A DNA stretch of 64,000 nucleotides from Oikopleura dioica. Taxonomy: Eukaryota > Animalia > Chordata. Positions within the stretch are counted from its first letter, which is position 1. The number at the start of each line of letters is the position of its first letter. This document shows positions 34,297 through 46,900 of the stretch, piece by piece. The stretch spans positions 14,891,208-14,955,207 of the forward strand of contig OU015568.1 in the NCBI GenBank assembly GCA_907165135.1, given 5' to 3'. The notes under the pieces were generated by a model that worked only from the letters and a program-made list of their open reading frames with translations, made no database searches and was not told the origin of the DNA. Both the position numbers and the translations under genes were made by a program.

Positions 34297-35259
34297 ATGA
34301 AAGAGGCTAAAGAAAGTGAAGAAATACGCTTCCTGAAAAGGTACCTAGCAAAGCATGGGCGGCTCCGAACGCTCAAGGCACTGAACAAAGATCTTGAAAG
34401 AAAGAAAAAGAAAGGTAAGAAAGCAAAATGCGTTCTTGTCATATTCATAAATATTTTAGACGAAAGAAAGCCTATAGCGCTGAGTTTCACGATACTGAAA
34501 GCTCCTAAACGAAAGATAGAAGAATTAGCACCGGTCAAGCCGAAGAAGAAAGCCAAAGACGGCGAAGAAGAGAAAACTGTCACCATTCCGAAAGAATTCA
34601 AGAAGCTCGCAAAGAACTTCGGACTCCCAGAAAAACAACTTGAATTTTTCTACGAAAACAGATCGTCCTTCAACTGGGAATGTAAAGATAAAACGAAAAT
34701 TTACTGTGCCGAACAAAACTGTAAATTTAAAATTAAAAACTCAAAAAGGTGCCTTGTTGATCATGTTGTTACTGAGCACAATTATGAAGACATTCCTTGT
34801 GATCACGTCGATTGTTCTTTCGTCGCTCATTCTCGGACAAATTTACTCCGTCACAAGCAACGATTCCATGGTCACGGAAAGAAAATAGCCAAGAATAACA
34901 ACTTCAACTGCCCATACGAATCCTGTAAAAATTCATTTTCCACGGCTATTGCTTTGCGCAGACATCTTTGCGTCCACGAGAACAAGTTCTTTTTCTGCCA
35001 ATACTGCCCGTTCAAAGTCGCAACTAAGTATAATTTCTTTGCTCATATGAGTGTTCATTTTAATATCAAAAACTTTTCGTGCGAAATTTGTTCAAAGACA
35101 TTTTACTTGCGAGATACGATGGAAACCCACATCCGCGATGTCCATAGTAATGATGATTATGTTTGCGAGGACTGTGGTTTTGTAGCACAGAAACGTAATC
35201 AGTACCGCAAGCACAGAGAAACATGTGCCAAACGACTCGAATACTCAAGGATTCTTTGA
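34297..35259 (+). CDS. C2H2 zinc-finger protein with LisH-like N-terminus (tandem copy 1)
   Basis: EIRFLKRYLAKHGRLRTLKAL; repeated CxxC...HxxxH fingers; in-frame 45-nt intron; ttttcag before ATG. Confidence 0.9.
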   Translation: MKEAKESEEIRFLKRYLAKHGRLRTLKALNKDLERKKKKGKKAKCVLVIFINILDERKPIALSFTILKAPKRKIEELAPVKPKKKAKDGEEEKTVTIPKEFKKLAKNFGLPEKQLEFFYENRSSFNWECKDKTKIYCAEQNCKFKIKNSKRCLVDHVVTEHNYEDIPCDHVDCSFVAHSRTNLLRHKQRFHGHGKKIAKNNNFNCPYESCKNSFSTAIALRRHLCVHENKFFFCQYCPFKVATKYNFFAHMSVHFNIKNFSCEICSKTFYLRDTMETHIRDVHSNDDYVCEDCGFVAQKRNQYRKHRETCAKRLEYSRIL

Positions 35260-35341
35260 ATTGTGATCTTGTGCTCTACTTCTTGAATAATATTTCATAA
35301 AAATATATCCGACTTTTTCTCATTTGTCATTTTAAGACAAA

Positions 35342-36536
35342 ATGGAAGAGGCTGAAGAAAGTGAAGAAATACGCTTCGTGAAAAAGTACCTAGCAAAGAA
35401 TGGTCGATTACGAGCGCTGAAAGCACTGAACAAAGATCTTGAAAGAAAGAAAAAGAATGGTAAGAAAACGGTCAATTCTTGATGAAGAACTCCTTAGACG
35501 AACGTAAACCTGTTACGCTGAGTTTTGCGATACAGAAAGCTTCTGATGGAAAGAGAGAAAATGCGGAAGGGCGTGAAGCAAAGAAGGGAAGTACGGAAGC
35601 CAAAAAAGTCGAAGAGAAAGAAAATGCCAGCATTTCAAAAGACGCAGATCAAAATTCAAATAAGAAGAACGCAGACAATGGTATTGAGTTATTCTGCTCT
35701 TACTAATTCTCAACTTGATTGTAGTCGGCCGAAAGCCTGTATCTCTGAGTTTTACGATACTGAAGGCTCCTAAAAGAAAGATAGAAGAATTAGCGCCAGT
35801 CAAGCCAAAGAAGAGCATGGTCAAGAAAGCCAAAGATGTGGATGAAGAGAAACGTGTAACCATTCCAAAAGAATTCAAGATACTCGCCAAGAACTTTGGA
35901 CTGCCGGAAGAACATCTTGAATTTTTCTATGAAAATAGATCATCGTTCAACTGGGAGTGTAAAGATACAACTGAAATTCACTGTGCTGAAAAAAACTGTA
36001 ACTTTAAAATGAAAGCGTCAAAAGGTTGTTTGGTAGAGCACACTATATCTGCGCATAATTATGAAGATATTCCTTGTGATCATGTTGATTGTAAATTTGT
36101 CACATACTCACGGAAAAATTTTAATCTTCATAAAAGCCGTTTCCATAGCCATGGGAAAAAACCAACTTTATACGGCGATCACAAGTGTCCTTATCCATCA
36201 TGTAAAAACTCTTTTCTGACTCCGCATATATTGCGGCTGCATCTTGATGTCCATGAAAATAACGTTTTTTCCTGCAAATATTGCCCTTACAGAGTCGTGT
36301 ACAAGGACTACATATTTACTCATTTAAAGGTTCACTTCAATATAAAAAATTTCGAGTGCGATATTTGTTGTAAGAAATTTCACAGGCGTCAGCACTTGGC
36401 AGATCATATGACTATTGTTCATAGCAATGACGATTTTGAATGTATTCACTGTGGATTTAAGACTCCAAAGCGAAATAAATTGATAACCCATAGAAAAACA
36501 TGCGCAAAGCGCCTTGAAAACTCTAGGATTCTTTGA
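35342..36536 (+). CDS. C2H2 zinc-finger protein with LisH-like N-terminus (tandem copy 2, extra exon)
   Basis: Colinear with copy 1 including upstream DNA and the C-terminal CAKRLE.SRIL; additional exon ~35498-35680. Confidence 0.9.
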
Positions 36537-36622
36537 GCTACTTCCTTACTGCACTTTTTCCCACAAACAAGCATTTTCGAGAGGATCTATCGTTATTTTT
36601 TATAAGCAAATTATTATTTTAG

Positions 36623-37093
36623 ATGAGATGGGTCTTTTTATTCCTATCTCTGTCGGCTAGCTCGGAATCGGAAGATAACACCGATCCCGCCACTGATGCG
36701 AGTCCACTTCCAACATCTTCGCCGTCTAATCTGACATCAACGACCTACGGCTTCGGTGATGTTTTGGGGTAACTCAATCCAGTTAACGACGTTCGAAAGA
36801 TACCCAGGAATAAAAGAACTTGTTCAGGAAAGAAAATGGAATTCTTATTCGCGGTGCTGTTACGGTCGTTGTTGTAGGGTTGATTATTCTTGCTTCAATT
36901 TTAGTCAAAAGGTGTTCTTGTAAAAAACCTACTCGAAAGTAAGCTGCTTTCATTTTAATCTATTCTAACGTTATTCGGATTCAGATACGAAATTATCGAA
37001 GCTAACCAGCTCATTGGTGACGATTCAGATAGTGATTCTGAAGTAGACATCTTTCAAAAACGTATGCCTGAAAATATATTCATTTCTTGCTAA
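36623..37093 (+). CDS. Type I membrane protein, FAM174-like
   Basis: Signal peptide MRWVFLFLSLS, S/T-rich ectodomain, TM RGAVTVVVVGLIILASIL, tail TRKYEII...DDSDSDSEVDIF as in FAM174; two GT-AG introns. Confidence 0.6.
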
Positions 37094-37194
37094 AAATACT
37101 ACGCGCATCACTGATTATTCATTAATTCAAAAGTACCACTATCGCTTTGCACGACCGATATGCTCTAGTTCTCTCAGTTTTCATCAATTTTCTT

Positions 37195-37723
37195 GTGTGC
37201 GCGTCTTTTCTGGCATTTTTGAGAAATGCGTCTTTTCTGGCATCGTGTTCTTTCTGGCAGTCGCGTCTTTTCTGGCACTGGAGTCTGATTCATTTTACTC
37301 TGATATTGAGTAGGGTCTACCAAATCTAATAAGCTGATATGAATAGCATAAAACCTTTACCTTCAATAGCAACTTGCCACAGGCAAAACTTTTTATTTGA
37401 TTTATAAGTTTTTATCATCAAAGAAAATAGTGCTGATCATTTACATAATTTAAAAGATTTTCAGCATTTATTATGATGATCTAATAATTCTTTATTCGAT
37501 TCTAGTGCCAAGAAATTGGTCCCCTCAATCATATTCAAAACTACGGGTTCTTCTTCTTGAAGATAATTTAAGAAGGAAATAACAGTTGATTAGATTTGGT
37601 AGACCCTACTTGATATTAGAATTCAATGAATCAGACTTCAATGCCAGAAAAGACGCGACTGCCAGAAAGAACGCGATGCCTGAAAAGACGCATTTCCCAA
37701 AAATGCCAGAAAAACGCGCACCC
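37195..37723. mobile_element. Mutator/Foldback-like non-autonomous element, ~135-bp TIRs, 9-bp TSD
   Basis: TSD aattttctt at 37186-37194 and 37724-37732; arms ~37195-37330 and ~37589-37723 built from gcgtcttttctggca subrepeats; AT-rich spacer. Confidence 0.85.
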
Positions 37724-37918
37724 AATTTTCTTCTGTACGAATACTCCTGTATGAATACTTTGTGCTTTGTATGTTAATTAAACCTTCTTCCTTTCTGCAG
37801 AATCTTAATTATCGAGCAGTTCTGGTTCTCTTGGATTCGAACAACAGTTTCAACTTTTCACTTCTTCGCTAAAATATAATTTATAAATAACAAAAATTTC
37901 TCCCTCTTCTTTCCCAGA

Positions 37919-40900
37919 ATGGCCAAGGGTAAGAAAGGAAAGAAGAACCAACAAGACGAAGATGCCGAGTGGGATCGTCTTGAAAAAGAAGCCGCGGCGA
38001 AAAAAGCCGCTGCGGCTAGTTCCACTGGTGGTGGCGACGCTGAGCCGCAAATGAGCAAATCACAGATGAAGAAACTAAAACGAGAGGCGAAGAAAGGCAA
38101 CAAACAGCAAGGTTTTGCCCAGCTTGAAGTCGAAGACGAAGAGCCAGAAATCGAGGAAAGCGAGGAAGATATTCCAGCGCCCCTTCCAGCCAAAGGAAAG
38201 AAAAACAAGAAGAACAAGAAAAAGGGCGGCTTCGCTGCTTTGGACCTTTCAGATGAAGAAGAGGAGGAAGAAGAAGAAGAGATCGTCTCGCCTCCTCCAC
38301 AAAAGAAAGGCGGAAAGAAAAATAAAGGAAAGGGGGCTAAAGGAGGTTTCGCTGCTCTGGAAATGTCAGAGGAATCAGAGGAGGAAGTCTCCGAGGCTGA
38401 ATCAGAGGAAGAAGTTAAGCCGCAAAAGGACAAAAAAGGTAAAAAGGGCAAAAATCGCGAGCCCTCGCCTGAACCCGAATTGAAATCGAAAAAGAAGGGT
38501 AAAAAGGGAAAACGATCGCCGACACCTGAACCGGAACCTGAACCGGAGCCAGTTGTGGAAAGCAAATCCTCAAAGAAAAAGGATAAGAAATCGAAGAAAA
38601 AGTCAAAGTGGGAGGAACTCGCCGAGCCCGAACCGGAACCAGAGGCTGAGCCGGAACCTGAGCCAGAGCCCGAAAAGAAATCTTCGAAAAAAGACAAAAA
38701 GAAAGACAAGAAATCGAAAAAATCAGCTTTTGAACAGTTGGCGGATGAAATGGACGAGGAAGAAGTTGAAGATGTTGTTGAGGAAATGGAGGATTTGAGC
38801 ATTTCAAAGAAAAAGAAGCGTGGAGGTAAGAAAAATGCAGATAACGATTCCCGGGACATTGCCGGGGACGCCGAAGATCACGATGGTCTTATCTATTTTG
38901 ATGCCGAGGAGGAGAAACTGCGCAAAAAGGAAGCTGAGGCCGAAAAACGTCGAGCCGAGGCGGAGGTTATTACTGCTCTTGCTTGACTGTAATGATGCTG
39001 TTTTTAGGAAGCGATGAAAACGATGACCAGGAAGGAAAAGAAAAAATTCTTGGCTAAAATGGCATTGGAAGATGAGCTGCGGAAAATCGAGGAGAATACG
39101 GCTAACATGGGATCTTTTGCGGTCTCGCAGCAAGAATCTGCCGGAAAAGAAGTTGAGGGAGATGATATCAAGATTGATAATTTCTCTATTTCCGGTAATA
39201 AGCTTGACAGGGAATATTATTTGATAATTTGAATGGACAATTTTTACCACGAATAGGGAAAAAGATATTTCTGTTGCGTTTTCTTCTGATTCATTTTGAG
39301 TTTTTCTTTTTTCGGCGTTAGAATGTAACAAGTCATACATTTTGTATCATTTTGAAAATGGTCAAAAGCGGGTTTATGATTTTAAAGATTTTTACGCGTG
39401 AACCTTTCCCTAAATACCTCGAAATCGAACCAAGATAAGACGGTAAACCGCAGAGCGCACAGTAGGGGACCAATATTCTCGCCATGAAGTTCGATCCTTT
39501 TATCGAACCCAAAGCATAAAATTTCATCTGGATTCCATATTTGCTTGGTTGCGGTGTTGTAAAGTTAAATTTTAGCTGGTGGCCGAGAACTGTTCAAAGA
39601 CGCAAAGTTGAAAATTACGGCCGGACGGCGATACGGTCTCGTTGGCCCCAACGGCCGCGGTAAGACCACCCTTCTTCGGCACATTGGCAACCGAGCTCTC
39701 AGGATCCCAAAGCATATTGACACACTCTATTGCGAACAAGAGGTCAAGGCTGATGAGACGCCAGCCATTGAAGCGGTCCTCTCTTCTGATGTCAAAAGGT
39801 AAGACTCACTACTCGACAAATAAACCAACAAAAAACAACACTAGAACGGAACTGATCGCCGAGCAAAAGCGAATTCAAGCCCGATTGGAACGAGGCGACA
39901 CATCCGTTTTGGAAAGATTGCAAGAAATCGATGAGGAACTTATCGCCATTGGAGCAGAGTCGGCTGAAGGTCGCGCCAGGCGAATCTTATCCGGTCTTGG
40001 TTTTACTAAGAAAATGCAGGTAACTTTCTTTGCCTTCTTTTATCCAGGCATAAAGGTCAAAGAGTCCCAGTAAACCTTGTTTGACCCCTCTTTTGAAAGC
40101 CTGCTTATGAGAATAATATCAAAAGACACATTGTATGACGTTCAATTTATCAATCTTTTTGTAAATATTTAATACAGGTTGCGAGGGTCAAACTCTTTTT
40201 CCTAGCCAAAGGAAAGATCAACTGTATCTCTTATAAACTGGTCAGCTAAACGAACTCATGCAAATTAAACAAGCTAAGGTGGGTTTTGAATTTAATCGGG
40301 CAATCTTGGTCCTGCTCTCTCCCTGATATTGAAAACATAAACCAAACATATCATACATGTATGGATAGAGCCTTTAAAGATCTAGCAACTCTGCATTGGA
40401 ATTCCAAAAATATCAAATATAATCAGTTTTATCGGAGTTTTTCCTTCAAAACTGGGTTGCATTTTTTGAAAATTGAACAGTGCGAGACATGAATTCAGAT
40501 TAGATTTCAACATTTTAAACGCCTGAAAACCGGTAATTTTTGGCTGATTTGTTATTCAAATGCAGAGTTTATCAACCTGTAGGAGATCGAAAAGGATCTG
40601 ATTGTCAATTTTGGTGAAAACCGGCAATTCAGATAAAAATCCGGGAGTAAAAACCGGGAATTTCTATAGATTTCGGAAATTCCAATGCAGAGTTTGTAGA
40701 GCTCAAAAAGCTCTTTCCAACCATGTGTCATATGGTTTATTAGAAATTTCGGAGCTACAGCCAAAGAAAGATTGCCCGATTAAATTCAAAACCCACCTAA
40801 GAGAAAATCATTTTGATCGTACATAAAACAACCAGACTTTGACTTTTCAAACACAAGAAAAGAGCCATTGACGACAATTTGAATTTAACAAGACTAAAGT

Positions 40901-43900
40901 ACAATTGTAGCCACTAGACATGAACTTTGAATTATTTGCTGAACACTAGACATTTGTGAGACGCAACCAATTTACATTTCTTACAGGCCCGGGCGACCAA
41001 AGATTTCTCTGGCGGTTGGCGAATGCGAGTTTCCCTCGCACGTGCTCTTTTCATCGAGCCAACGTTGTTGCTGCTCGATGAACCTACAAACCATCTCGAT
41101 TTGAACGCCGTCATTTGGCTGGACAACTATCTTTGTGGATGGAAAAAGACGCTGTTGGTCGTTTCTCACGACGCCGGCTTTTTGGACAATATCTGTACCG
41201 ATATCATGCACCTGGAGAACAAGAAGCTCGTCTATTACAAGGGCAACTACAGTCAGTTCCAGTGTATGCACGAGCAGCATATGAAGGAAATGCAGAAAGC
41301 ATATGAAAAGCAGCAGAAGAATATTAAAGCTAGCAAGGTTAGTTTCTCATGAAAAAAAGCACTCATGTGACCCGGGAACAATAAGATGTCAATTTTTAAT
41401 GTTGAAATTGTGAAGGTGCTTAAATCGACATTAATAATTCAAAAACAATAAAATGAGGGGTATTTTTTAAGTTAAAATTCACTTTCAAAATTCTCCTTTA
41501 CGATTTTTATCCTATTTGCCTCCAATGCCAAAAAGATTGCTTGAAAGCGGGCGACTGGGGCACGTGAAGGCACGTTGAAGGACACTGACCTTAAGAATGT
41601 TACTTAGGCAAAAGGCCAAAGCAAAGCCAAAGCTGAGACGAAGGCCCGCGAAGCTCTTACGAAAAAGCAAGCAAAGAATCGGGCAAAGCTCGCTGGTAAT
41701 ATGGAATCGTCTCAAGGACAGGGCAAGCTAAATTTTTTTCATTAAAAAAATCCTCTATTTGAAAATTTCTAATCAATAAAATTGAATTTTCTCAGTGATC
41801 GAAAAAAGTTCAAGGTCTGACCTTTGCCTTCATCCGTACTCGTCTAAAAAGCTAGCCCACGGTCAGACACACAGACAGAACTCATCGAAAGACCGAAAGA
41901 ATACTCCGTCAAGTTCCGCTTTCCAGAAGTTCAAAATCTCAATCCGCCGATTCTTGGTCTCTACGACGCGTATTTTGGGTATCCAGGGCAGAAACCACTT
42001 TTCAAAAATGTCAACTTTGGTATCGACATGGGATCAAGGATATCAATCGTGGGTCCAAATGGTGTTGGCAAGTCTACATTCCTCAAACTGCTCATAGGAG
42101 AGGAGCAACCGACGGATGGTGAGTTACGATTGTTTTTATGTTTTTGTATGGTTGGAGAATCTTTTAATCTTGACAAAAAGTCAACCAGTATTTGAAATGG
42201 CGGGAAGTTAGGCTACTGTTCTAAATGCTAGAATCAAGGAAAAAAGGTTAAAAAGATATGTTGACCGATAAAAGGAGTTAGCGGAATAATATTTGAAATT
42301 TACGTTTGTCATTACGAATAAGTTTCAACTAGCAGTAAAATGGACGGTATTTTGTTTGACTAGACAGTGGCCGTCGTTCAGACCAATTTAAGTTTTTAAG
42401 CCATACCTTGAATTCATTTCTTCCCCGAAAAATTTGATCGCATTTCAAGGTGGTTTTTCACTAAACCACAAACCACCAAAGTTCTACGAATCCCAAGTAC
42501 TGCCTGTTTAAATATTTTTTACTGTTTGTAAAAGAAAAACTATCTTATTTTCAATAGAAAATTGCCGCGTGTTTTTCTAATTCCAAAAGCGGGCATTTAA
42601 TGCTTGCTTCTTTTCTAAGCTTATTTCGGACTGAAATTGAATTTTTATGACCCTTAACAATTTTGGATTTCACGGTAGATTTCACGATCATTGAGTTTAT
42701 TTTTAGGCGAAATGAAGAAATCACATCGTGTTCGAATCGGGTACTACTCGCAGCACTCGGCGGAACAGCTCGATCTTAATAAATCGCCCGCCGAGTATCT
42801 GGTCTCAAAGGTAAGCTAATCAGAAAGTAGAGGACCTGGAGAGTACAAGAGCTGATGTTTAAATTGTTAAAATATAAGTTAAAAGCTTTGTTTATAATTT
42901 AAATGAATGCATGAATACGCCGTTGTATTCTAACGTCAAACCACTCACGTAATGCCTAAAGAATGAGTAGCAGGGTAATTGAGAATTTCAATTATAAATT
43001 GACTTCGCGGAGAAACAAAAGCTTCTTACTTGACTTTTACGCGAAGTGAATCAATATCCTAAAAGGATCGAGAAAAGATGAAGGGCTATCTACTCGCTCA
43101 TCTTTCAACGATCACTTTAATGAAAGAAATAGCATGCCTAGGGGAAATCACTAATAATTGAGCTTTTTTTTAGGCTTAGTAGGGTAGGCATATAATACAG
43201 TTTTAGAAAGCCCAGAAGCTGGGGATCATTTTGACTATTGATACTGGGGGGTGATCTCGTACCCTGAGGGCATTTAGCTACCTCCAAAGTCCCAAAATCT
43301 GGCCAACTTCGGAAATTTGAATTTTTGAGTGCCTGGAGTGGCCTTTCAGAGCCAGCGCTTATGCTAGAATTGTAGCCCAGGCTCTGACGGTCATTTTGAG
43401 ATATAGAAAAGTACTGAGACCCCGGGGTTCCTGAGGAGCTAGAGGCCCTTGAAGTTGGGGAACTCGACAAAAAATTAGTACTTTTTCACAAAAAGTACAC
43501 CATTTGTGTCAAAAATGCCTCCCAAAGACTTTTTATAGATGTTTCTTCATGAAAAAATGTTCAAGAAATCATTTGGGGTCATCTGAGGTCACTCTAGGTC
43601 AGAAATTATCAAAAATTTAGAAAACTGTCATGAGTGACCCGATCTGACCTCAGATGACCCCAAATGATTTCTTGAACATTTTTTCATGAAGAAACATATA
43701 TATAAAGTCTTTGGGAGGCATTTTTGACACAAATGGTGTACTTTTTGTGAAAAAGTACTAATTTTTTGTCGAGTTCCCCAACTTCAAGGGCCTCTAGCTC
43801 CTCAGGAACCCCGGGGTCTCAGTACTTTTCTATATCTCAAAATGACCGTCAGAGCCTGGGCTACAATTCTAGCATAAGCGCTGGCTCTGAAAGGCCACTC

Positions 43901-46900
43901 CAGGCACTCAAAAATTCAAATTTCCGAAGTTGGCCAGATTTTGGGACTTTGGAGGTAGCTAAATGCCCTCAGGGTACAAGATAACCCCCTGGTATCAATA
44001 GTCAAAATGATCCCCAGCTTCTGGGCTTTCTAAAAGTGTATCATATGCCTACCCTACTAAGCCCAAAAAAAAGCTCAATTATTAGTGATTTCCCCTAAGC
44101 ATGCCGCGCTTCCGACAGGCTGTAAGGCTATGGTATTCTGCATATCTTGGTCAAGTCGGTCGTGCCAAGTCGTTAGTCTATCATTTTCCTTTCAGACATG
44201 TCATACGAAAGGACTGAATTGAAAAGAATGGGGTTGCATTTTTTCACAATTTCTGGATTTAATTGGTAAATTGTTTTCTAACCAATTTACGTTCTTTGAA
44301 ACATTCTTTCTTTAAATTCTTCGGTCGAAGATTTTAAATAGCACTTTCCTAAAGTTCATATACGAGCCGACTAACCCCGTCCATGATCGACCATGATGAT
44401 CGATCAACACTTGACGTTCGTGAAGAACTTTTCAAGTTTGTTGGCTTCGCTAGAATATGTGCGTCGTCATCTGCTCAAGTGAGGGTCACTTAGTGACTTG
44501 TACGATTTTAAACAAAGATTGATGAAGCAGTGCCTAATCTGAATTTGTTCTTTTGATCGGGGGTCGCAATTCTAACCGGAGCAATTTCAATCGAGTCATG
44601 TAGGCAAGGGTAGAAATGTTCTTAAAATTGAATTAATGAAAGCGCTGAAGTTAAAATTGTAGAAAAATTCCGCAAAGCTGTTTTGGCCAAAAACATATTT
44701 ATGAGTCTAACTCTGAATCAGAAAATCCCTGATCATGAAAATGAAGCGAAAAGAAGCCCCGGACTTTTTATCATTATTTTCTTTTTTCTTAGACTCCTGA
44801 AAAGTCTTAAAGAGAAACAAATGAAGTGTTTAATTTTTATGTCAAGGATAAAAAATCCGCTCTTGTTTATGGATTTGGCGAGCACTGGTATTTTAACAAC
44901 CCGATTTTGACCGACTTGTCTGACATTCTCAGAAGGTCTGTTTTCGACGTTAAAAACATGGTTCAGCTGAATTGCTTGCATAAGTGTTTTCTTGTCGCGG
45001 GCTCGTCCAGTATTGCACGTGGCGTTGCTTTGAGCTGAGGTCGATCAATATTGGTTTTATATATTCTGAACATGATCCGCTTTTGGCTTTGCGCCGAGGG
45101 CGCCTTGAAAGCCAGCCTCAGCGCCCGCGCACACAAAGAGAACTCCGCCGAGAACTCAGTCGCCAAACCAGACTGTACGTGAGCAACTACGGCACCACGG
45201 CCATTATTATAGAATTTCTGCTAGCAGCTACAGTATCTATTCGCTGTCATTGCCACTGTATAAACATTAGATCAGACGCGTCTTTTTGCTTCCATAAAAA
45301 CAGCTCAAAACTAGGATTTTACCGTATATTCTATTTTAAAAATTAAAATCTTTTGATCAACAATTATTTTCAGTTTTCCGCTGATGACGATCTCAAAATT
45401 ACAACTCAACAAGCTCGAAAACACCTCGGATCCGTGGGATTAGAAAGTCATGCGCATACTATTCCAAACAGAGATTTATCAGGTAATTATGTGTTACGAA
45501 AGACTACTTTACTCTTGTTTAAATCTTTATAAGATTTAAAAGGTAAAATAAGATATAGATTCTTCTAAAACTCATACATAAAAGATAATAAAAAACTTGA
45601 GTCTGAAGACTTGGCGCTTTTCCAAAATCGAACTAATTGGAATTGACGATGGAGTTTAAAAAAGCTTAAAAGATGAGATGCGGCTTAATTCTGAGAATGA
45701 TAATTTAGGTGGCCAGAAATCACGAGTTGCGCTCGCTGAGCTCATTATCATGGCGCCGGACATCATTATCCTCGACGAACCGACTAACAACTTGGACTTG
45801 GAGTCGATCGACGCGCTCGGAGAAGCTATTAACGAATATGAGGTAACTTAAATTAGACACGAGTCACGGGAAGAGCTAATTACGGGGTAAACCTTACTCT
45901 GAATGACAGCTCGTTCAGAAAATAGCTCTCTCAGAGGGCTAAAGGTCAGCCAAGGTAGATATTTCGATTGGAGTTAATGGGAGACAAGATGTTCAAATTA
46001 TCCCTGGGTGAAACCGGCCCACATTCATTCTCATTCGAATTTTACCGGATTATGGAAGTAGTAATATCTACCCTACCCAGCCAAAATCTACACATTTGGG
46101 TAGGGTAGATCCCGACCCCAGATGTAGGAAGCAGGTTTATACAGTATTGACCGACTTTTCGGGAAGTGCTTCAACTACTAGGATTACTAGCTAGGTATCT
46201 GTTCTTGCACCACAAATAATTCAACATGTCGCTGTGAGAGTTTTTTTGGCCCCGATCTTTTTAGTCCCATCAAATGAGTGCCAAGTTATCTGATGAATTT
46301 TTAACGCTTCGCAATAAAATATGCAGCTCGCTTTCTTTCTGATACAGTATCCTTGAACTGGGTTCTACGTAGAAATTAATAATTTATCGGATAAGAGCAA
46401 GACTTGCTTTCAACCCTGATAACAACACTTGACCCGCTCTGACTCCCGATGCTGCTGAATAATGCAGCCTTGTTTCCATCATTGATCCCTTTTCTTTCCA
46501 ATATTATATTTTGATACTCACAATAATCCACGTATCTGGGCCAGCTTTCTGAAGATTTAGACAGTGGACAGATTCAAGAGGAAGACACAATAATGAGCCT
46601 ATTTCGCAAAAAAACCAAATGGGCTTGCCCAAGGGCGGGCTTAATCTTGAGTCTGCTTTTGTTTTTGAAGCATCGAGCCAACACCACCAAAAATGCTCCA
46701 CACCAGACTGCGAATGCTGGTACTACACCGGACCTATGAATGATGGGCACTTGTTTCTCTTGATGTAGTCTTATGATTCGATCAATCATTTTCGTGACTA
46801 AAGCATGACGTTGACAGAACTTGGACACTTTTTATAATTTCAATCCTTGGCATTTTCTACAGATGTGCTCTTAATCGCCCTTCATAGATCATGTTTTTAC

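Noticed and set aside
37858-38859. 333-aa antisense ORF over ABCF1 exon 1
   Set aside because: Mirror of the K/E/P low-complexity sense strand, which rarely generates antisense stops.
43138-43984. Identical ORFs [14 protein letters not shown]... on both strands
   Set aside because: Artefact of the palindromic transposon arms; no transposase motifs.
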